Positions 54,323 through 64,000 of a stretch of 64,000 nucleotides of DNA are shown here, piece by piece; position 1 is the first letter of the stretch, and every line of letters starts with the position of its first letter. Source of the stretch: Octopus vulgaris (lineage: Eukaryota); NCBI GenBank assembly GCA_951406725.2, contig OX597839.1, forward strand, positions 27,342,001 through 27,406,000, in the 5' to 3' direction. Position numbers and translations under genes: made by a program. The notes beneath the pieces are model-generated. The model was not told the origin of the DNA, made no database searches, and saw only the letters and a program-made list of their open reading frames with translations.

Positions 54323-54358
<36 letters not shown>

Positions 54359-55435
54359 AATTGAGATAGGGGTTGTAAATGCAACCCTCCATGGGATAAC
54401 GTATATCCAATATACTGCTAGTGAAGTACCCAACAAAGTTAATACATAAATGTTAATGATTGCGATGCAATCAATTCATTTACTGTATTATATGGGCAAA
54501 GGTAAAATGATTTACCACAAATTACTAATACAAGATAAGAAAATGGAGAAATACATCTAAATCAAATATCAGTTACACGATAATACTCAATCACATACTT
54601 TATTAAACCACCACATAAGAGACTGTAGGGTTACATATAAAGAGCAGAACAAATCAGTGTACATACAGTAGTGTACATAAAAAAGTGTACATAAAAGAGT
54701 AATGATGTATAATAAGTAGAATATATATAAAAGAGAATATAAATATAAGTATAGATTACATCTTACAGCTGTTTCGGCCATGTAGATAAGTATGTCTCAT
54801 TTTACCAATATATATATATATATAGGGTTGAAAATTGTACAGAAGACAGAGTCAGGTGAGGAATAACAGACGAGGTGTATTAGTTTGACGTTCAGGAAAG
54901 ATGGAGGATATTTCGAGCCTACGCTCTTCTACAGAACGGAATGAGGAGAGAAAACCAATGGAGAAAAGGAAACAAAAACGGGTCTGGATTAACGGTTTCA
55001 CGCGTTGAATTCACCGAATGAAAGGATTGGTGCCATCGATGTGACATACTTGATATATGTGCGTTAGTAAATGTTTTAGGTTGCAGTATTCCGTCCAAGG
55101 AAGCTCTCATTAAATAAGTAGAGGGTTAAAAAAACTCAGTATACTTCAAAACCAGGCAAAACAAATCGTCCCAGATGTGAACGAAATCAAGAGATATCGA
55201 GATTTCGCTTTTATTTCGGCTAATCAGTGCTGTATACTCAATTTGCCCTCGAGAGGAAATCACACTGCTGGCTTGAAGTATATAGAGATAGTGTAAAAAT
55301 CTATCTGCTGTTGTGCAATTGCGCTGCACGAGTTGAACAAAATTCAAATTTTGAGGTGAGATTAGCTCTGATAATGTAAACGTTATCGATGTCACAATTA
55401 ACGTATGCATTTTGGTAAATGCTTTTTGGCTGCAG

Positions 55436-55766
55436 TAAAAAAGAGTAAAGACCTCGCTTCGGTCATGAATTACCATGTGATTGCACCTAGAAAGTTTCCT
55501 TCCGAGGCGCAAGTCCGGGCAAGGTTGTTTATGGAAGACTAGCATACCAGCCCCCTCCTCTCTACACCATCGATGTTATACAAGAGAAAGGCAAAGGGGT
55601 CGATACAGCTTGGCACCAGAGACATCACAACTCGTTTCTACAGCTGTGTGAACTGCAACAACGTGAAATAAAGTGTCTTGCTCAAGAACACACAGCTAGT
55701 CTGGGAATCGAACTCACCACCTCACGATTGTGAGTCCGACGCTCTAACCACTCAGCCATGCACCTT
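55436..55766 (-). mobile_element. SINE family D, full length
   Basis: Reverse-complement homologue of 35205-35552. Confidence 0.87.
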
Positions 55767-55844
55767 CACTTTGCTGCGATAATTCGTCCATGAAAACACC
55801 TTTAAAGACATAGATTTTACACTGTACGATAATAATAACGATTT

Positions 55845-56415
55845 AAAATTTTGGCACAAGGCCATGTCCCACTGATATTTATTTTATCGGTCCCGAAAGG
55901 ATGAACAGCAAAGTTGACCTCGGTGGAATTTGAACTCAGAACGTAAAGACAAAAGAAATACCTATTTCTTTACTACCCACAAGGGGCTAAACACAGAAGG
56001 GACAAACAAGGACAGACAAAGGAATTAAGTCGATTGCATCGACTCCAGTACGTAACAGGTACTTAATTTATCGACCCCGAAAGGATGAAAGGCAAAGTCG
56101 ACCTCGGCGGAATTTGAACCCAGAACGTAACGGCAGACGAAATACGGCTACGCATTTCGCCCGGCGTGCTACCGTTTCTGCCAGCTTGCCGCCTTCATTT
56201 AGTTTATATAGGTTTCAAATTTTGGCACGAGGCCAGCAATTTCTGGGGTGGACGTTAAGTCGATAACATCGACCTCAATGCTCAGCTGGTACTTATTTTA
56301 TCAATCTCGAAAGGACGAAATGCAAAGTCATTTTTGGCGGTATTTGAACATAAAGACGGACGAAATGCAGTTCAGCGTTTTGTCCGGCATGCTAAAGATT
56401 CTGCCAGCCCGCCGT
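55845..56415 (-). mobile_element. SINE family B nested composite (55845-56194) plus another copy (56212-56415)
   Basis: Alternative tail joined to ggtatttc at 55962/55963, as at 16693/16694. Confidence 0.85.
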
Positions 56416-56635
56416 TCTTTACACATGTTTAATATTACAAACTAAATAAAATTTTGGTGTCGATAAAATAAATACCAGTCTAACACTGGAGGTGTTGTAA
56501 TCGAATTTCGACCTACCCTCCTCCCCACAGGCTTATTAGTCTCGTGGCAAAATTTGAAATAAATGTTGAATTCGTGTAACAGTCAATATTGTAAGCTAAT
56601 CTTAAAATTTGAAAATAATAACAATAATAATAATG

Positions 56636-56669
<34 letters not shown>

Positions 56670-56680
56670 TAATAATAATG

Positions 56681-56716
<36 letters not shown>

Positions 56717-57214
56717 TGAAAATCACAATAAAAGAATTATTGGATTTTTAATCATCCTTTACCAATTTTACGGTGCCATTAAAAAATAGACTCTTTGAAC
56801 ATCAAAGATTGTAAAGTCTAACGTTTTAAAATAAATACATCGGTATATTTTTTTTGAAATGCGAAACTGGTTCACAACGGGGGATTTGAAACCGCCATAC
56901 TTTGTTTTCTTATGAATATTTATTGTTTTTATATTTGAATTACATATGTAAAATATATATATTACAATATATATATTATATATATTTATTTATACGCACG
57001 AAAATATATTTATTATACAAAACAAATTATATTACTACAATTTAAAAGCACAGACACACGTACACACATAGCACACACAAAATATATTCATACACTTTGA
57101 ATGTTAACGAAATCATTTTATTATCAAGAACAAAGTGTATCGATACATTTTAAATGTTTCTCATGGTATTTACAAGTTATTCTTGTTAGTCTTTGCCTTA
57201 AGTTACGGGAAAAA

Positions 57215-57259
<45 letters not shown>

Positions 57260-57444
57260 CCTTTCTACTATAAGCACAAGGCCTGGACTTCTGTGGAAGG
57301 GGCAAGCCCAGTGCTTCACAACATTTTCACAGTGGTTCCCAACCCTTATATTTAAATAGGTTTTTCCACGGACCCCTTTTAATATGCTTATCTTTATGTA
57401 TGTATGTATGTATGTATGTATGTATGTATGTATGTATGTATGTA

Positions 57445-57485
<41 letters not shown>

Positions 57486-57510
57486 ACATGTATATAAATT
57501 CAAAATTTCG

Positions 57511-57545
<35 letters not shown>

Positions 57546-57548
57546 CGA

Positions 57549-57762
57549 GCACTCTGTCGGTTACGACGACGAGGGTCCCAGCTGATACAATCAATGGAAC
57601 ACCCTGCTCGTGAAATTAAAGTGCAAGTGGCTGAGCAATCCACAGACACGAGAACCCTTAACGTGGTTCTCAGGGAGATTCAGCGTGACACAGAGTGAGA
57701 CAAGGCTTTGAAATACAGGTACTACTCACGTTTGCCAGCTGAGTGAACTAGAGCAACGTGGA
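57549..57762 (-). mobile_element. SINE with family-C tail and family-D body (OR2-like)
   Basis: C tail gcactc.gtcggttacgacgacgaggg...gaaatacaggtac joined to cagctgagtgaactagagcaacgtg. Confidence 0.75.
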
Positions 57763-58379
57763 ATTGGTTTGCAAACGCTGTAAATCCCTATTTTGTTTTC
57801 AGCATAGTCGCACGGAGAAAATGCGGATCTGTTGATCAATTTTAGGGTCTTCAGTGATAGGCAGGAGATAGGAAGAAAGAAAGGAAGTAACCCTTAGACT
57901 GGAGATCAATTTCTAGATCTTGCAATAGAGTGCTTCTAGTAAAATTCACCAACAATCTAGGAGACGTGGGGTTGAAACCGTCCAACGACAAGAAAAGATA
58001 TCCTGCTGATGAAGGTCTTCCGTCAAACAGAGTTTCGTTATTGCATATTTCATACACAAAGCTTTCGTTGCACTCGAAACTTTGGTTTAGAACTCACTGG
58101 CACACTTTCCCCACACCCAACGCCGAATTGAATCCCAAAACCTCCAAGAGAGCGAATTTCTAAACCACACAGCGCCACACCCACATTCCTCGAATTTTAC
58201 TGTTTTATCTCGTCCAACTCGAAGCTACACTCCAGGAGACATTAGCACACACACCCATTACCTCACAGGGCCTCACTCCGTGCTTGGACCCGAAACCATA
58301 TCGCTGCCAAGACAGTGAACTTGTAAACCATACAGAGAGGGCCACACCCACATTCTTTGGATTTTCTATATCTACATTA

Positions 58380-58450
58380 TATTCTATATTTATTTTTATA
58401 TTTTATCTAGTTTCAGCTCACGAGCTGTGGCCATGCTGGGGCACCGCCAT
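58380..58450 (-). mobile_element. CR1-type LINE extreme 3' end
   Basis: Reverse complement ggcggtgccccagcatggccacagctcgtgagctgaaactag plus an A-rich tail; matches 12110-12150. Confidence 0.75.
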
Positions 58451-58865
58451 TTAACACAGAAATTTCGTATTTATGATCTCTGTCTGTCTCTCTCTCTCAC
58501 TTTCTCTCTCTCACTATATCTGTCTGTCTGTCTCTGTCTCTGTCTCTCTCTCTCTTTGACATGAAAATAATCAGACTTTAATAGTGCTAACCTGAATCCC
58601 TAGCCCCAACGTAACTCTAACCCTAACGACTGCCAAGAGCACCATTTTGTATTTTGGTTTTCTTGTTTTGTATTTTTTTTTTTGTTTTTTTTTTGGCGGT
58701 AGATTCCTTAACTCCAAAGAACCCAACAGCAGCGAGAGTGAACTGGTTTCTCTCCAGTGCAAATGCACCGGCTGTTTGTTTTCATTTTGCTTGTTTTGCA
58801 GAATGATAAATAAAAATACACACCTACACACACACACTTATACATAAATATGCATGCACACACAC

Positions 58866-58918
<53 letters not shown>

Positions 58919-58925
58919 CATATAT

Positions 58926-58963
<38 letters not shown>

Positions 58964-59045
58964 TTACACAAACACATACACATATGTATATTTATATATA
59001 ATACACACACACACATATACACACAAACACAACACACACACATAT

Positions 59046-59082
<37 letters not shown>

Positions 59083-59619
59083 ATAAACATAAACAATTAG
59101 AAGCCTATACACACGGAACTCTTTTTTTTTCCGTTCATGTCATAAACTTCTCCTCCGCCATTTGCTGCTACTCCCCATTCAACCCCCCCCACCACCACCA
59201 CCACCACTCTACTCCGACGCTCTGCCGTGCCGCTCCATCCCGTCCCACGACCACTAAGTAATGTAACAGCTGGTTAAGATAAGATTATCTCCCGGTTCCT
59301 GCGATTTTTCTCTCAACATTATTTATTTTTATTTATTTATTTTATTTATTTTATTTATTTTATTTATTTATTTATTTATTTATCTATTTGCTTCTTTATT
59401 AGTTTATTGTGTTTGTTTGTTTGTTTGTTTACTTCTCTTGTATTTCGGTGAATTATGTACGGACGCGAAGTTGCGTGGAACATTCCAGGATTATAAAGAA
59501 TATGGGGTTATGTGTGCGCGTGCGCGATTCTATGTGTGTGTGTGCGTGAGTGAATGTGTATGTAACTGTGTTTGCATGTTTGTACGCAAAAAGGTAAATT
59601 TGAAAATATACATGTGTGT

Positions 59620-60862
<1,243 letters not shown>

Positions 60863-60963
60863 TAACTCACACATACATATATACACGCGAACATATATAA
60901 ACATGTGTGTGTATCTTTTCAATTCGCTGTAGTCAGTCTTACACACACACACACACACACATT

Positions 60964-61004
<41 letters not shown>

Positions 61005-61148
61005 AGTCAGCTTGATAGCCACACATTATATGTATGCGTTTGTGTGTACGTGTTACATACTTATAAATATTTAAGTATGACTACACAGACTCATGACTCT
61101 GTGAACCTCTATGCATGTGTGTGGATGTGTGGATGTGTGCGTGTGTAT

Positions 61149-61187
<39 letters not shown>

Positions 61188-61576
61188 GTCTGTGTGTTTA
61201 AGTTTGTATCTGTTTCAACTCTAGTCAGCCTGATAGCTATCGTTACAACGTAATACCATTTACCATTCCAGCCTTAATCCAATCAAGAACTTCAATATTA
61301 TACTTGATGTTGGCCATCGTGGAGCGCCTTCGTGGTGGGTGAGAAAATAAAATAAATAAAAAAAACGTACAGAAATAATAAAAAAGAAACAGAAACAAGA
61401 AATTATAACAAACGCGGGAGATAAAGTTCCTATGTCGTGTTTATAAAATATTTTTAAAGCGAAGGTGGAAAATTGGAAGGTATCGAGTTGCGAGATGGTT
61501 CGGGCGGTGGTTGCATCGGCGCGAACCCGAAACGCTGTTTTGGTTACTCTTTGCTCTCTTTTACTCTTATAACTTA

Positions 61577-62014
61577 CTAGCAGCATAGCCCGGCGTTGCC
61601 CGGGTATGTAAGAGCCCCTAGTAGGCAACGACTAATCCCAATCTAGTCATTTCCCTCTAGGGAACGAAGACGCATGTGTAGGTTGCAATGTCTTCTCTTC
61701 ACGCGAATACTTCTGTGTATACGATGTTCCTAGCTGTCCCTTTGGGCGATAAAATGGTCGAGTTGTGTCCCCTAGACAGAAAATGTGTTGCATATAAAAA
61801 GCTTAGATTCTCGAGCCAATGTCGAATTTATCGATTTTTTTCAGAACTGGGGGAACTTTTCAAAATTTTCGCTGCGTTAGTTTTGAATTATGACATTGGG
61901 CTATGTGTGTGTCATGTTTCATCAGAATCGGTTGAAAGCCGTGGTCAGGGTGAGGGTACAACCTAATAGACACACAGACACGTAGACAGACAAACTGCCG
62001 TTTATATATAGAGA
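61577..62014 (-). mobile_element. non-autonomous Helitron
   Basis: a|ctagcagcatagcccggcgttgcccggg ... tttatatatagaga|t. Confidence 0.87.
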
Positions 62015-62017
62015 TTA

Positions 62018-62566
62018 CTTAGAAAGGTTTTGGCCAGTATTGGCCCAGGCCATGTCTAACTTAATAGCACCACTTGGCGGAGTCTTTCAATTCAGGATTT
62101 GGGCACCAAGGCCCATTCGAGCAGAGAGTTATTGTTTATTTAGACCAGTGGTTTTCAACCAGGGTTCCGCCAGTACAGTCCAGGGGTTCCGCAAGAAGTT
62201 ACAAAAATGCTAAAATCGACAGTAATTTTTAATTCTCCTGTGCAGACATGTGTGCATAAGACAATTAAATTATTGCACAGGGGTTCCTCGAGCCAGTGAA
62301 ATGTTTTCTTGGGGTTCCGCTCCAGCAAAAAGGTTGAAAAGCACTGGTTTAGACATATCCGGGTGTGGGTGGTTTGTCCGGGACTGTTTGAAGGAATTTG
62401 TCCAAAGACTTCTTGAATTGTGTGTGGTCAGTTTCTGTTTTGACGTGTCCTGGTGTAATGTTGAAGAGAGCGGGTCCAATTGAGGTGAAATAATTGTGCC
62501 GTATTGTTGTTATGAGATGCGATTTAGATTTTTGTTGTGGACGGATGGCACGGGGTCCAAGTCTTG
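62018..62566 (-). mobile_element. CR1-group LINE 3' fragment interrupted by a MITE
   Basis: RLGPRAIRP...FTSIGPALFNITP...FKKSLDKFLQTVPDKPPTPGYV, then INNNSLLEWA after the MITE. Confidence 0.85.
62146..62346. mobile_element. hAT-type MITE
   Basis: TIRs cagtggttttcaacc / ggttgaaaagcactg (14 of 15); 8-bp TSD atttagac / gtttagac. Confidence 0.9.
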
Positions 62567-62725
62567 CATTTGACTGCGGCCATGCTGGAGCACCGCCTTT
62601 AATCGAACAAATCGCCCCCCAGGATTTGTTCTTTGTACGCCTGCTACTTCTGTCGGTCTTTTTAGCCGAACCGCTAAGATACGGACACGTAAACACACCA
62701 CCATCGGTTGTCAAGCGATGTTGGG

Positions 62726-62785
<60 letters not shown>

Positions 62786-62950
62786 GTACGACGGGCTTCT
62801 TTCAGCATGCGTCTACCAAATCCACTCACAAGGCTTTGGTCGGCCCTAGGCTATAGCAGAAGACACTTGCCCAAGGTGCCACGCAGTGGGAATGAACCGG
62901 AACCATGTGGTTGGAAAGCAAGCTGCTTACCACACAGCCACTCCAGCGCT
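62567..62950 (-). mobile_element. SINE family A fused at its tail stem-loop to the CR1 fragment
   Basis: Minus strand ...gccgcagtcaaatg|caagacttggacc. Confidence 0.88.
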
Positions 62951-63059
62951 TGTTTTTTTTTTATTTTTTTGTTTTTGCTTTTATCTCTCTTTATTTTCTG
63001 AGTTCAAATTCCGTCCAGATTGACGTCTAAATTTGGAGATTTAGGAAATTAATTCACTA

Positions 63060-63385
63060 AATCATTTGTATCGACCAGACTGTTGGATCTTGTGGTACAC
63101 CGCTGGTCACGATTCACTTCGTTGCGTTCTACTGCTTTTTCGAAGGATATCAACCCACCGCTGGCTTGACAGGCGGGCAAGCAGGAAGGTAGTCAGGACA
63201 ATGTTACCCATAAAAGGAAGGAAGGGAAGGGCATCGCAGTGTTGCCTCTTTACGGCTGAGCGGACGGGGGCAATGAGAAATGGAGTGTTTTGTTCAAGAG
63301 CACGAAACTCCACCAGTCTGAGAATCGAAACCACGATATTCCGATCGTGAGTGCAACACCCTGACCTCTAGGCCACGCACCTTCC
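63060..63385 (-). mobile_element. diverged tRNA-headed SINE (D-related head, different tail)
   Basis: Reverse complement gtggcctagagg..ggtttcgattctc..tcttgaacaaaacact. Confidence 0.6.
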
Positions 63386-63413
63386 CTATGAAACAAATTA
63401 CGATTCAAAATCC

Positions 63414-63658
63414 GGTTTCAAATTTTGGCGCAAGGACAACCATTTAGGGGGAGCAGTTAGTGGATTACAACGATCCCCAGGGCTCAACTGGAACTGTTTT
63501 ATCGAATACCTGTTCTCAACTGATACTTAATTCATCAACGCCGAAGGAATGAAAGGCAAAGTCGACCCCTGTGGAATTCGAACTCAGAACGCAAAGACGA
63601 GCGATATGCCGCCAAGCATTTTCCGCGGCCTGCTGACGACTCTGTCAGTTCGCCGCCT
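63414..63658 (-). mobile_element. SINE family B, diverged
   Basis: gaaaggcaaagtcgacc..ggaattcgaactcagaacg..cagttcgccgcc. Confidence 0.8.
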
Positions 63659-63701
63659 TAAGCTACCAAAATACTGCAAAACTTTTGACTCAACACAACA
63701 A

Positions 63702-63775
<74 letters not shown>

Positions 63776-63943
63776 TCATATTTATTAATTCATAATAGAA
63801 TATGAGGATAAAAATCACGTTAATGATTTTTATCAGTTAGTCAGCATGCTATAAAAATTTATTGGCAATTAATACGTTAAATTTATAATAATATACATAT
63901 GTATATAATTATTAAGTAATTATATATTTATGACTTTATCTAA

Positions 63944-63999
<56 letters not shown>

Positions 64000-64000
64000 T

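Noticed and set aside
58003-58040. CTGATGAaggtcttcc as a hammerhead
   Set aside because: GAAA and stem I are not recoverable.
58598-58627. Telomere-like taaccc units
   Set aside because: Only two or three degenerate units; not an interstitial telomere array.
61497-61540. Hairpin ggttcg...cgaacc followed by GAAAC
   Set aside because: No CTGAnGA upstream, so not called as a hammerhead.

Overview
Eukaryotic, AT-rich, extremely microsatellite-rich non-coding DNA with no recognisable host gene, rRNA, true tRNA or CRISPR array. The SINE repertoire and dense TA/CA/TAA microsatellites suggest an octopus (coleoid cephalopod) intergenic or intronic region; this is an inference. Most listed ORFs are microsatellite artefacts. 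Supportable content: (1) four tRNA-headed SINE families, labelled here A (internal microsatellite, CR1-type tail), B (Nin/Deu-like domain), C (OR1-like) and D (CORE-like); (2) a TAA-flanked non-LTR 3' fragment family (E), one copy carrying a 15x51-bp minisatellite; (3) six non-autonomous Helitrons and two hAT MITEs with 8-bp TSDs; (4) relics of mariner, Tc1, CR1, R4/Dong and Gypsy coding sequence; (5) several long palindromes. Most interesting signals: about ten type I hammerhead-ribozyme-like motifs, probably from Penelope-like elements, in minimal and long-stem-II forms, plus a 154-bp palindrome folded at a hammerhead half; a TSD-bounded non-coding RTE-like element with a duplicated cUUCGg-containing RNA domain; a SINE/CR1 pair sharing a 3' stem-loop with compensatory changes; and family-B SINEs that insert repeatedly into fixed positions of their own head. 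Boundaries of degenerate elements are approximate, read by eye.
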